Source of the DNA: a bacterium
Lineage (GTDB): Bacteria > Patescibacteriota > Microgenomatia > UBA8517
DNA: 64,000 nt
Assembly (NCBI GenBank): GCA_030583725.1
Contig: CP129472.1
Span: forward strand, 64,286 to 128,285
Direction of reading: 5' to 3'
Notes under the pieces: model-generated
Told to the model about the DNA's origin: nothing
Database searches by the model: none
Seen by the model: only the letters and a program-made list of their open reading frames with translations
In this document: piece by piece, positions 17,730 to 27,141 of the stretch
Position numbering within the stretch: position 1 is the first letter of the stretch
Layout of the letters: each line of letters starts with the position of its first letter
Program-made: the position numbers and the translations under genes

Positions 17730-19355
17730 GTGAAGCACAATATTGTAAATAATCCATTACATCCAAAATTCTTCCTCTACGCAAGAAAGTCTACAGATGT
17801 AGAAGATAAACAAGTGCAGTCTATTGAGGGTCAGCTTCAGGAGTTACATGAACTTGCTAAGAGAGAAAATTTAATCATTGTAGATGAATTCATTGAAAAA
17901 CAATCTGCCAAAACTCCCGGAAGGTCAATTTTTAATAAAATGTTGGATTCTATTGAACAAGGTCATGCAAATGGAATTCTCTCTTGGCATCCTGATAGAC
18001 TAGCAAGGAACTCTGTAGACGGCGGAAGAATTATTTACCTATTAGACACAGGTAAATTGTCTGCCCTCAAATTTAATACCTTTTGGTTTGAGTCCACTCC
18101 ACAAGGAAAGTTTATGCTGTCAATTGCGTTTTCTCAATCTAAATATTATGTAGATAGTTTAAGTGAAAATACTCGTCGTGGACTCAGGCAAAAAGCTAGA
18201 AATGGATATTCTCCAACTGTTGCTCCGCTTGGTTATATAAATGATATTAGAAGTAAAACTGTTGTTCTTAATAGAAAATTAAGTCCAATTGTTCAGGAAG
18301 CTTTTGAAAAATATAGTGTTGGGAATATCCTAATGAAAGATGTGTCTAGCTTTTTGGCAAAGAATGGGATTCTTAACCCAAATGGTAAGAAATTTGATTT
18401 GAATAGAATAAAAAGACTTTTAACCAATCCATATTACTGTGGATATTTTGTATATGGTGGAGAAGTGTATGAGGGCAGACACGATCCAATAATTTCAAAG
18501 AAACTTTTTGACAAAGTCCAAGATGTAATGAGTGTTAGAAATCACTCTTGGAAAAATGCAAAAGTAGAAAAGATTTCTAAACCCTTTGATGGACTTCTAA
18601 GGTGTGGTGAGTGTGGCATGATGATTTCTCCTGATTTTAAAGTTAAACATTATAAAAATGGTACTTGTGGCTACTTTAATTACTATAGATGTACAAAAAA
18701 GAATAGAAGTATAAAGTGCCGACAGTCTCATATTAGAGTGAGTGGTTTAGAAAGCCAACTCATCACACTTGTCAAAAAATATTCTTTGAAAAATGATTGG
18801 GCTATAAAAATGAACGAGAAACTTGATGAAGAACAAAAGGATATAGCCCAATCAATCCTTCCTGTTGTTGCAGAAAAAAGGAAAGAAATTGAAAGCATTA
18901 ACACTAAACTCCAACTTCTTCTTGATACTTATTTAGATCAGACAATTGATAAAGAAATGTATAAGGTTAAGAAGTTGGAGCTTTTTTCCAAAAGGAAAAC
19001 TTTTGAAGAACAAATTCTTTCCTTGCAACAACATAAAGGAAGTTGGATCGAACCTATGCGAAATTGGATATCTGAGGCTAGGGAAGTAGATCAAATAATA
19101 TCAACTAACAACAAAGAACAATTAAAGGTCCTCGCGAAGAAAATCTTCGGCTCGAACCTTTACCTAGAGAACAAAACAGTCCGAGGGGATGGGCAAATGT
19201 CGTGGTCTTCGCTTCGCTCGACCCCGACAGGTCGGGGTTGGGTGGACCTAGGGAGAATCGAACTCCCGTTACATGACTGCCAGCCACGTGTCCTACCATT
19301 GAACGACAGGCCCCAATACTTTGAGATTCCTCTGTGTGGACCCTGCAGGACTTGA
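17730..19355 (+). CDS. Large serine recombinase 1 (resolvase catalytic domain + recombinase domain + zinc ribbon + coiled coil)
   Basis: 'FFLYARKSTDVEDKQVQSIEGQ' (catalytic Ser), 'WHPDRLARN', zinc ribbon 'LRCGECGMMISP...YRCTKKNRSIKC'. Probable GTG start at 17730; the track's N-terminal extension covers the promoter. No stop until 19355: the C-terminus ('GDGQMSWSSLRSTPTGRGW') is encoded by IR65a' and the frame reads on antisense through tRNA-Ala. Confidence 0.85.
   Translation: MKHNIVNNPLHPKFFLYARKSTDVEDKQVQSIEGQLQELHELAKRENLIIVDEFIEKQSAKTPGRSIFNKMLDSIEQGHANGILSWHPDRLARNSVDGGRIIYLLDTGKLSALKFNTFWFESTPQGKFMLSIAFSQSKYYVDSLSENTRRGLRQKARNGYSPTVAPLGYINDIRSKTVVLNRKLSPIVQEAFEKYSVGNILMKDVSSFLAKNGILNPNGKKFDLNRIKRLLTNPYYCGYFVYGGEVYEGRHDPIISKKLFDKVQDVMSVRNHSWKNAKVEKISKPFDGLLRCGECGMMISPDFKVKHYKNGTCGYFNYYRCTKKNRSIKCRQSHIRVSGLESQLITLVKKYSLKNDWAIKMNEKLDEEQKDIAQSILPVVAEKRKEIESINTKLQLLLDTYLDQTIDKEMYKVKKLELFSKRKTFEEQILSLQQHKGSWIEPMRNWISEAREVDQIISTNNKEQLKVLAKKIFGSNLYLENKTVRGDGQMSWSSLRSTPTGRGWVDLGRIELPLHDCQPRVLPLNDRPQYFEIPLCGPCRT
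19179..19244. repeat. IR65a' (right arm); encodes the recombinase 1 C-terminus and abuts the tRNA-Ala 3' end
   Basis: Reverse complement of 17582..17647. Confidence 0.8.
19243..19313 (-). tRNA. tRNA-Ala (anticodon GGC)
   Basis: Manual cloverleaf: acceptor GGGCCUG/UAGGUCC with the G3:U70 Ala identity pair, anticodon loop CUGGCAG, T-arm GGGAG-UUCGAUU-CUCCC, discriminator A. Convergent with, and overlapped by, the recombinase 1 ORF. Confidence 0.8.
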
Positions 19356-19410
19356 ACCTGCGACCTCTTTCACGTCAAGAAAGCGCTCTAGCCAACTGAG
19401 CTAAGAGTCC
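19337..19410 (-). tRNA. tRNA-Val (anticodon GAC)
   Basis: Manual fold: GGACUCU acceptor, D-arm GCUC-AGUUGGCUA-GAGC, anticodon loop UUGACGU, T-arm GCAGG-UUCAAGU-CCUGC. Confidence 0.8.
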
Positions 19411-19466
19411 ATATACTCTTCCCGCATTTAGCGAAAGAGTTCTTAGGCTGTTATTATACCAGAAAT

Positions 19467-20798
19467 TTATTGGTTTCTTAAGAATAAGTTACTAAATTCT
19501 AAAGCTTTCTGAATAAGGTCAATGTCAAAGTTTTCATTTGCACCATGCATATTACAATCTTCATTACCTAGTGAAATTAATAGAGTATCTACTCCTAATA
19601 TTTTTTTTACATCTCCAACAAAAGGTATTGCTCCACCAACATATTTTCTACCAACTTTTGATTTATATGATTCCTCCAGTAGTTTCTCAACATCTACAAC
19701 ATATTGGTTGTTTGTATCAACTTTAATTGGGTCATGAAACCCGTTTGTAGTTAGTTCGTACTTAATATATTTTGGTGTATTTTTAGCTACATACTTTTTA
19801 AAACCTAGGAATACACTTTTTGCAGTTTGTGACTCCACGATTCTGAAATTTAGTCTTACTTCTGCAGTTGCTGGCACAATATTAGCATAGCCGTTGTCAA
19901 TGTAACCCGATTTAATTCCAGTAACTTGTATTGTTGGGCGAAGACCGGTTTGAGTATAGAAGTCATAATTGTTTTCAGTTAGTAATGAGTTAACTCCAGC
20001 AAGTTTTGTAATACTATTACCTCCCTTAATTAAGTTTACGTTATTAACAATCTGACTTTTTTCAATTCTATCTACATTTTTGTAAAAGTCATTGTAACTT
20101 ACACTAGTGTTTGAGTTATATAGATTGCCGATAAACTTTGAAAGTTCATAAGCAGCATTTGGTACGCCACCACCATAAATTCCAGAATGTAGATTATTTT
20201 TACCAGTTGTATAGGTTAATGTGCAGTTAAAACCACCACGCAATGAAACCTCAATAGATGGTTTGTTGTTTGTCAATTCTCCATCGGATACTACAACAAT
20301 ATTACATTTTAGGTCTTTTTTGTATTTCTTCATCAGTATTGGTAGGTCAGGATTACTAGTTTCTTCGTTTCCTTCAATTAAAAACTTTAAATTGTATTTA
20401 AGACCTCCGCTTTTTATTAAGTTAATTGCAGTAACAATGTGAATTAATACCTGTCCCTTATTATCCACAACTCCACGAGCAAGTAATTTTTTGTTTCTTT
20501 CAAATAACGTAAATGGATCTTTGTGCCACCCGTCAGCCTTGTTTGCTGGTTGTACATCATAATGACCATAGATAAGTACTGTTTCTAGTTTGTCTGAAAC
20601 TTTGTAGTCAGCAAAAACTACAGGATTTGTTGTCTTTCCTTTTAATATCTTTACTTTAAATCCTGAAGACTTAAATAATTTTTCGAGCCAGTCTACGGTT
20701 TTATTTATTTCAGGGATAAAAGTTTCATCTGTTGATATACTTTTAAATGAAACAAACTCATTTAATAGTTTCTTGTAATAATTATAATTGTTTGTCAT
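19467..20798 (-). CDS. M20-family metallopeptidase (dipeptidase / PepV-like)
   Basis: 443 aa. 'VLIYGHYDVQPA...GWHKDPF...ARGVVDNKGQV' M20 signature. Confidence 0.75.
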   Translation of the reverse strand: MTNNYNYYKKLLNEFVSFKSISTDETFIPEINKTVDWLEKLFKSSGFKVKILKGKTTNPVVFADYKVSDKLETVLIYGHYDVQPANKADGWHKDPFTLFERNKKLLARGVVDNKGQVLIHIVTAINLIKSGGLKYNLKFLIEGNEETSNPDLPILMKKYKKDLKCNIVVVSDGELTNNKPSIEVSLRGGFNCTLTYTTGKNNLHSGIYGGGVPNAAYELSKFIGNLYNSNTSVSYNDFYKNVDRIEKSQIVNNVNLIKGGNSITKLAGVNSLLTENNYDFYTQTGLRPTIQVTGIKSGYIDNGYANIVPATAEVRLNFRIVESQTAKSVFLGFKKYVAKNTPKYIKYELTTNGFHDPIKVDTNNQYVVDVEKLLEESYKSKVGRKYVGGAIPFVGDVKKILGVDTLLISLGNEDCNMHGANENFDIDLIQKALEFSNLFLRNQ

Positions 20799-20933
20799 AT
20801 TTTTTGAATTATACTACAATACGAACTTGAGAGAGGACTAGGAATTTTTACTATTCACTTTTGATGACGCAATTATCTTTAAGTGTTTAGTAATGGACCT
20901 GTCCTCTCTCTTTTGTCTAAAGGCAAGCTATGT

Positions 20934-21152
20934 TTATCTAAATTTTTGATCGTTGCCATAGTCTATTAGTGTTCCTCTTGTTCTATCAAAAATCTCTCCT
21001 TTGGAACGGTCTAAATAGGTTTCAATAACTTGCTTGAACCACCCTTCAGCCAAATGCTCTTCTTCAACTGGTATTGCAAATGCTCCTACAATTTTTTCCT
21101 CACTGTCGAGTCTATATGCCCACCTGTATTTAGTTGTTGCATGTGTGCCCAT
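20934..21152 (-). CDS. Small hypothetical protein (72 aa)
   Basis: ORF only. Flanked downstream (on the minus strand) by a 10-bp inverted repeat gagagaggac/gtcctctctc at ~20826-20915. Confidence 0.35.
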   Translation of the reverse strand: MGTHATTKYRWAYRLDSEEKIVGAFAIPVEEEHLAEGWFKQVIETYLDRSKGEIFDRTRGTLIDYGNDQKFR

Positions 21153-21371
21153 GTGATTCTCCTTTAGATATGTTTTAACGTACTTTTTAAAAAATAAAAA
21201 AAACCCTCGCCGTTTGGTGAGAGTTATTTCTTTAAACTTTTAGTATTCTTTTTCTTTTTATCTTGTATCTCTCACCACGTTAAATACGCTTCCAAGCTGG
21301 AAGTGCTCTAAATAGATAGTGAGACATCAAGTTCATACTAGCTAGAATAATATTAAATGAAGAGTTACTTG

Positions 21372-22010
21372 TCAACCTGCAGATCTTTGAGAATAGGTTT
21401 CACCTGAAAGAAGAAAACTTGAACCCTTTTTCTTGTATTGTGACCAAAAATTTTTCTTTTCTGCTCTTTTACTTTGTCCTTGCATCCAGTCAATTGCATT
21501 ATCAATCTTTTTTCTAAAGGAAACAATCATTTGAATAATACTTTCAAAAAAATTAACTTGATATTCAGAAGCATTTGTGGTGTTTTGTAATACTGCAGTT
21601 TTAACTTCCTCTGATAGGTTAGCTGTTGAATTAATAAGATTTAGAGCTTCTGTTTGTATTGCCTGAAGTCTAAGTCTTAATTGCTGTAGTTTTTTTCCTG
21701 TTTCTTGTTTTTCCTCACTAAAAAGTCTTCTTTCAAAAAATATTTGTTCTTGTAGTTTTTTATTTTTTTCAGCCTCTCCACTTACCATCTCATTCATTTG
21801 AAGTGACGCTCCGGGTTCTATTTCACCTAGTTGTCTAGGTTGAGCATTTTTCTGTTGACCCAGAAGTTGTCTAAAAAAGTCTTCACTAATTTGTTTTGTT
21901 TCGTTTTGCGCAGTTTGTACTACTTGTGAGCCAATATCATTTATGGACTCAAGTATGTTTTTTGTCTTAATCTGTTTTTGAGCTTTAAGCTTTTGTGATT
22001 TATCGGTCAT
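21372..22010 (-). CDS. Coiled-coil hypothetical protein
   Basis: 212 aa, Q/E/K-rich heptad-like sequence. Confidence 0.45.
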   Translation of the reverse strand: MTDKSQKLKAQKQIKTKNILESINDIGSQVVQTAQNETKQISEDFFRQLLGQQKNAQPRQLGEIEPGASLQMNEMVSGEAEKNKKLQEQIFFERRLFSEEKQETGKKLQQLRLRLQAIQTEALNLINSTANLSEEVKTAVLQNTTNASEYQVNFFESIIQMIVSFRKKIDNAIDWMQGQSKRAEKKNFWSQYKKKGSSFLLSGETYSQRSAG

Positions 22011-22033
22011 ATTTTAACAAGCCAATTGTACAC

Positions 22034-22852
22034 TTATTTTTCCAAAAATTCCAAAGCTTTGCGTCTTAAGATAACCCTCTTTAATACTTTTCTTTGTTCT
22101 GCTCCAACTTTTGTTTTGTCTTCACCTGTGGTTTTAATAAAATCGTCAATCTCAGATTCTGATACATCAATTTTTTGACTATTAGAAACTTCATTTAATA
22201 TTAGCTCTAGTGAGATTGCCTCAAAAGCTTGATCTTCATACTCTTTCCTTAATCCTTCAGGAGTCTTACCAACGCTTTTAAGATAGCCTTCTAGAGTTAA
22301 ACCTAATTTTTCAATTCTATCTAAAACTTGTGATAATCTGCCATTTACCTCCTCCTCAATTAGAAGTCTTGGAATTTTTAAGTTGACTTGTTCAACTATT
22401 GACTTGATTAAAACATTTTGATCTTTTGGATCCTTTGAAAGTTTTTTCTTTAAATCTTTATCTATTTTGACTTCAGGCAGTTCACAAGTAACTGCTTTTA
22501 TTTGCCATTCTGTATTATCAGCTACATTCTTTGAGGAGGTGATTTTGTGAGCTTCAAACTTTGGATACATTGCGGGTTTAAATTTGTGCTCTTCTACTGA
22601 TTTTGTAAAAGCATTGGGTAAAAGATGGTTTAAAATATGTTCTGTTAATCCCTCTTCTGAAACATTTTCTTCAACCTTAGCAATTGGTGCCTTACCTTTT
22701 CTAAAGCCTGCAATAACTGCTGTTTTTGCATATTCAATCAAAGCTTCACTCTTGGCTTTTAAAATAACTTCTGCTGGAATCGTATATGATATTTCTAAAT
22801 TACCATTATCAAGCCTTTTGAGCTCAGATTTTATATTTTGCACATTCTTCAT
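22034..22852 (-). CDS. tig: Trigger factor, short form (N-terminal ribosome-binding domain + C-terminal domain, PPIase absent)
   Basis: 'GFRKGKAPIAKVEE' trigger factor signature; 272 aa. Confidence 0.7.
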   Translation of the reverse strand: MKNVQNIKSELKRLDNGNLEISYTIPAEVILKAKSEALIEYAKTAVIAGFRKGKAPIAKVEENVSEEGLTEHILNHLLPNAFTKSVEEHKFKPAMYPKFEAHKITSSKNVADNTEWQIKAVTCELPEVKIDKDLKKKLSKDPKDQNVLIKSIVEQVNLKIPRLLIEEEVNGRLSQVLDRIEKLGLTLEGYLKSVGKTPEGLRKEYEDQAFEAISLELILNEVSNSQKIDVSESEIDDFIKTTGEDKTKVGAEQRKVLKRVILRRKALEFLEK

Positions 22853-23168
22853 AGGCTGAAGTATAGCATAACAAAGCTAAAATTCATAATGAGTTTTTAA
22901 GCCCCTTTGTGCTGATTAATTCTAAACTGTGGAGAATTTGCTTTAGTTTGCCCGTGCATACTTTGGCCTCTATCGCTTGTGGGGTTAAACTGATTTCTGG
23001 CTCTCTTATCAAAAATAGATACTCTAGGTAATACTACCAGCTTTTCTTTTGTTGTCTTTTGCTTTTTATCCATAAATAGATTATACTACATTTGCCCTCT
23101 GTAAGGTTAGTGTCCCCAAGGTCGGCTTCAGGAAATGAGGTGAAGAATTTAATCTTAAATTAAAAAAT

Positions 23169-23420
23169 ATGAAAAAATTATTTATTGGAAATTTGTCGTG
23201 GGAAGTATCATCTGATGACTTGAGAGCATTTTTTGCAAGCTTTGGTACAGTTATTGACGCCGTAGTTATTATGGATAGAATGACTGGAAGAAGCAGAGGC
23301 TTTGGTTTCGTAGAAATGGAAACTGAAGACGAAGCAAACAAGGCATTAGACGCAAACGGTAAAGAACTTAAAGGTAGAGCTATGAACGTAAATATGGCAA
23401 AACCTCAAGAAAACCGTTAA
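23169..23420 (+). CDS. RRM-type RNA-binding protein
   Basis: 83 aa. RNP2 'LFIGNL', RNP1 'RGFGFVEM'. Confidence 0.8.
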   Translation: MKKLFIGNLSWEVSSDDLRAFFASFGTVIDAVVIMDRMTGRSRGFGFVEMETEDEANKALDANGKELKGRAMNVNMAKPQENR

Positions 23421-23432
23421 GCAAGCTTGCCA

Positions 23433-24437
23433 CTACGTGGTAAGTTTCTTGTGTTTTTCTAAAAACTGAAAAGTTTTAAGAATTACTTCACTCCAAAGCG
23501 GGTTCATATTGTGATCAGCGCCGGAGTGATTGTAGTTTGTAATATCCTTGTCCAGGACTTTCATCCGTTTCAAAAATCTATCTCTCCACTCAAGAGGTAT
23601 CGCATCGTCTGCTGTCCCCAAGTGGTATTCTATTGGTGCATTTATTTTCTCTAGATAATTAATGAGAGAAAACTTGTCCGTATCATAATTATCTTCAAAT
23701 TTAGCCAATTCCTTTCTTATAAATTTTCCCCCATCTTGAGACTCGTTAGTATAATAAAGTATGGAATAGGGAAAGTTTTCAGTAACTGGAGCCCACAAGA
23801 CTGTTGGATAATCTTTACCTGTAATTTCAAGAACTGTTAAAGCTATTTGTCCCCCATTGCTATGTGCCCAAATAAAAATGTTCTTACCGTCCCAGTTTGG
23901 AAAGTTTTCTTTGTTTATTGATTTTAGTAATGTCAAAACAGTTGTATAAGTTTGAAATCTGGTTTCAAAGATATTTGAAGATTCTATACTTGAGCCACCA
24001 TAACCCAAGAAATCAGGTGCAAGAGTTATGTATCCGTTATCTCTAAAATATTCACCAACTCGTTTTGTCCCCACACCTGTTTGGTAAATTGATTGGTCAA
24101 CATAGCCACGAAGTAAAATAACTATTGGTGATTTTGTGTTTGACTCTGGAATGTTAATTAGTCCAGTTACTTTTTTTAGATCATTACCTTTTTTGTATTC
24201 TAATGTAGGATCAAATTCAAAAGAAAAGATATTATCTTCAACCTTTACTTCTACTGAAGTTACTTCAGTTTGAGACAGATTCTCAATTGTATACTTTTCC
24301 AAAGGTTTAGGTTTATTCCAGCTGGGTAGTTCAAAATCTTGATTTAGGTATTCTTTGTATTTATCACTCCCCCACCAACCAAAAGAAACAAGGGTTATGG
24401 ATGCTAGAAAATAGATTAATAATATTCTTAATTTCAT
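23433..24437 (-). CDS. Secreted alpha/beta-hydrolase (peptidase S9 / dienelactone hydrolase-like)
   Basis: N-terminal TM/signal segment; nucleophile elbow 'GHSNGG'. Confidence 0.6.
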   Translation of the reverse strand: MKLRILLIYFLASITLVSFGWWGSDKYKEYLNQDFELPSWNKPKPLEKYTIENLSQTEVTSVEVKVEDNIFSFEFDPTLEYKKGNDLKKVTGLINIPESNTKSPIVILLRGYVDQSIYQTGVGTKRVGEYFRDNGYITLAPDFLGYGGSSIESSNIFETRFQTYTTVLTLLKSINKENFPNWDGKNIFIWAHSNGGQIALTVLEITGKDYPTVLWAPVTENFPYSILYYTNESQDGGKFIRKELAKFEDNYDTDKFSLINYLEKINAPIEYHLGTADDAIPLEWRDRFLKRMKVLDKDITNYNHSGADHNMNPLWSEVILKTFQFLEKHKKLTT

Positions 24438-24460
24438 ATTTCTATTATATAATAATTTAT

Positions 24461-24946
24461 ATGCAAACCCTTATTCTTCCAGGATATTCAGCCTCAAACA
24501 AAGAGTGGGTAGATGATGTGGTTAAAAATTTAAAGGTAGAGGGAACAATTAGACCTTTTTACTGGATGCACTGGACAGACGAAAACAGTAAGTTTGATGC
24601 AAAACAAAAGGCTGGACTCATCGCAAAACACATAAGAGGAGATAAAGTAAATATTATCGCTAAATCGCTAGGAACCTTAATTGTGGGCTACCTTTGGCAA
24701 ATCATCCCTACCCAGATCGAAAAGGTTGTTTTTTGTGGAATACCTGTAAAAGATATAACTTCAGAAGAATTAGAAATTGTTAAAAGATGTATTTCTCAAA
24801 TGAATGATAAAATAATTGTGCTTCAGAATGTAAATGACCCACATGGTACTTTTGAAGAAGTTAAAGACCTTGGAAATATTAGAATGACCAGTCGCGATGA
24901 CCATACTTATCCATTCTTTGATAAGTTTAACGAATTTTTAAATTAA
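24461..24946 (+). CDS. Small alpha/beta-hydrolase-like protein (YdeN/RBBP9-like esterase)
   Basis: Likely start MQTLILPGYS; 'KSLG' nucleophile-like motif. Low certainty. Confidence 0.45.
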   Translation: MQTLILPGYSASNKEWVDDVVKNLKVEGTIRPFYWMHWTDENSKFDAKQKAGLIAKHIRGDKVNIIAKSLGTLIVGYLWQIIPTQIEKVVFCGIPVKDITSEELEIVKRCISQMNDKIIVLQNVNDPHGTFEEVKDLGNIRMTSRDDHTYPFFDKFNEFLN

Positions 24947-25020
24947 CAAAATTTCATCATCCTCTTTCCAAATCTTCTTGTTGACTTGGGTAAAAGTTCG
25001 GAATATATTTAATACAGTAT

Positions 25021-25251
25021 ATGCAAACGATAGCCGAAAAAGTGAGTGTAGACTTGCGAGATAATGTTCCAGTTTTAATGTCTTGGAGAAATCGTGACTA
25101 TCATATTACAAAAGTTGGTTTACATCATAGTTTTACAGAGGGTGATATCTTGTACCATACTTTTTCTGTTCTTTCTGGTGACTTATTTTTAAAACTTAAG
25201 TTTAATACAAAACATTTAATATGGAATTTAATACAAATTTACCAAGAATAG
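25021..25251 (+). CDS. Small hypothetical protein directly upstream of dinB, overlapping it
   Basis: 76 aa ORF; position analogous to the YolD/UmuD-like partners of Y-family polymerases, but no motif confirmed. Confidence 0.3.
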   Translation: MQTIAEKVSVDLRDNVPVLMSWRNRDYHITKVGLHHSFTEGDILYHTFSVLSGDLFLKLKFNTKHLIWNLIQIYQE

Positions 25252-26426
25252 TACATCTTGATATTAATTCTTGCTTTGCAACAATTGAACAGCAGGCTAA
25301 CCCCAAACTTCGTGACAAAGCCGTAGTGGTTGCTGCCTATACTACAAGTTCGGGCTGTATTTTGGCCTCCTCCATAACCGCTAAAAAGATGGGGATTAAA
25401 ACTGGTATGAGGGTTGGTGATGGTAGATTAATCTGTCCGAACCTGATAGTTCTTGAACCTGATCCTGAAAAATATAGATTTGTACACAAAAAACTTAAAA
25501 AACTGCTTGAAAAATATAGTCCTCTAGTCACCTCAAAATCCATAGATGAGTTTGTATTCGAGATTGTTAAAGGTAGCCCAGTTGTAGTTAGTCGTCAAAT
25601 CAAGGAAAGGATAAAAAAAGAAATTGGAGAATATATAACTGTTTCTATAGGCATTTCTACTAATAGATACTTGGCAAAAGTGGCAAGTAACTTACAAAAA
25701 CCAGATGGGTTGTCAGTAATTAATAAAAGTAACTATCATAAAGTGTTTTCAAATCTTAAGTTGACAGATTTAACGGGTATAAAGATAAACAACTCCAATA
25801 GATTGAGAAGTGTTGGTATAAAAACAGTTAATGATTTTTACAGCTACCCTCTTTATAAACTTAAAATTGCATTTGGTGGTATAGGTGGTCTTTATTGGCA
25901 TTTAAGACTCCACGGATATGAAATTGATGATTTTAAGAGCACCAGAAAGGTAGTAGGTAATTCATATGCCCCACCACCCAACCATGCAAACAAAGTAGGA
26001 GAAATAATGATCAAGTTGACAGAGAAAACGGGTCTAAGACTTAGGTACGCAAATCTTAAAGCCTTAGGTGTTCATCTTTATATACAAGATAGAAATGGCA
26101 CCTCTTGGCATATGGGCAGAACGCTTAAAAGATATGTATCTAATTCTTGTGATATCTATAGGGAGATGAATAACCTTTTAAGGTTAAGTCCTATTAAAAA
26201 CAATATCAGAAATATTGCAATATCAACATTTAAATTAAAACAAAACAGTGAGTTGCAACTTGAAATATTTGACAACGAAGTTGGGTTTTTTAATGTTTTA
26301 AAAAAAGAAGAACTGACAAAGTCATTAGATTTAATTAATACTAAATACGGAGACTATACGATTTATCCAGCCAGAATGGTAAATACGAAAGATATGGTCA
26401 AAGATCGAATAGCTTTTGGACAGTAG
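25221..26426 (+). CDS. dinB: DNA polymerase IV (Y-family)
   Basis: 'IVHLDINSCFATIEQQANPKLRDKAVVVAA' is the classic ImpB/DinB N-terminus; 401 aa. Confidence 0.85.
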   Translation: MEFNTNLPRIVHLDINSCFATIEQQANPKLRDKAVVVAAYTTSSGCILASSITAKKMGIKTGMRVGDGRLICPNLIVLEPDPEKYRFVHKKLKKLLEKYSPLVTSKSIDEFVFEIVKGSPVVVSRQIKERIKKEIGEYITVSIGISTNRYLAKVASNLQKPDGLSVINKSNYHKVFSNLKLTDLTGIKINNSNRLRSVGIKTVNDFYSYPLYKLKIAFGGIGGLYWHLRLHGYEIDDFKSTRKVVGNSYAPPPNHANKVGEIMIKLTEKTGLRLRYANLKALGVHLYIQDRNGTSWHMGRTLKRYVSNSCDIYREMNNLLRLSPIKNNIRNIAISTFKLKQNSELQLEIFDNEVGFFNVLKKEELTKSLDLINTKYGDYTIYPARMVNTKDMVKDRIAFGQ

Positions 26427-26892
26427 AACCAGTTGTAATCTTGTGTTTATCAGAAAATCCTGCATTTACCTCCAAGACATAGTCAATTTCAGATGGCGCA
26501 GGGTATTTTTTTAAATCAGAGTCTTTTACATCAGGTTCTGGGTTAACATTCTTATTAATTAAAACAACTTTGTCATCTTTAATCCAAATGATATCGAGTG
26601 CTATTTTTGTGTCCTTCATCCAAAATGTAGGTTTTGAGCTTTCTCCAAAAACAAAAAGCATACCAGAATCTTGATCCAAAAAGTCCCTATTTGATAGTCC
26701 TTTCGACCTTTCTTCATTGGTTTTTGCAACCTCTACCTTAATTTTAGTTTCATCAATTTTAATAATATTATCAACTGTTGTTGGTTTACTTATTTTATTT
26801 GTTAAAAATTCTAATTTACCTTGGCTGAAAAGGCCAATAAAAACAATAAATAGCATAACTGCAATTATGGGGAGAAAAATAGACTTAAACAT
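26398..26892 (-). CDS. DUF192 (COG1430) family protein, secreted
   Basis: 'GLSNRDFLDQDSGMLFVF...FWMKDTKIALDIIWI...YVLEVNAGF'. Confidence 0.7.
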   Translation of the reverse strand: MFKSIFLPIIAVMLFIVFIGLFSQGKLEFLTNKISKPTTVDNIIKIDETKIKVEVAKTNEERSKGLSNRDFLDQDSGMLFVFGESSKPTFWMKDTKIALDIIWIKDDKVVLINKNVNPEPDVKDSDLKKYPAPSEIDYVLEVNAGFSDKHKITTGSTVQKLFDL

Positions 26893-27129
26893 TTAATTCA
26901 ATTCTGATTCTATGAGAGATATTTCAGAGTCAATATTTTCAAAATCAGTATCTTCCAGATCACTTTCGATGTCATCAACTTCGTCAGATTCAGAAATAGT
27001 TTCAACTTTCGTTATTTCTCTTTCATAGTTCTTCTCCGTCCCCATATTGCTATTTGTCATTACGTAGGCAAATAAACCCAAGACAAAAACTAAAATAGCT
27101 AAAAGTGAGATAACAAGTTTATTTTTCAT
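26893..27129 (-). CDS. Small secreted/membrane-anchored acidic protein
   Basis: N-terminal TM, Asp/Glu-rich tail. Confidence 0.35.
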   Translation of the reverse strand: MKNKLVISLLAILVFVLGLFAYVMTNSNMGTEKNYEREITKVETISESDEVDDIESDLEDTDFENIDSEISLIESELN

Positions 27130-27141
27130 AGTTTTTAAAAA

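Noticed and set aside
19105-19299. ORF 19105..19299 (minus) and the other short antisense ORFs overlapping IR65 repeats and tRNAs (27771..27959, 29757..29984, 39891..40100)
   Set aside because: They overlap tRNA genes or palindromic repeats and mirror each other across repeat copies. These are artefacts of the inverted-repeat sequence.
20826-20915. 10-bp inverted repeat gagagaggac/gtcctctctc separated by ~55 nt between the M20 peptidase gene and a small ORF, considered as a riboswitch or attenuator
   Set aside because: No recognisable riboswitch consensus. It could equally be a simple terminator or operator. Insufficient evidence to call a feature.
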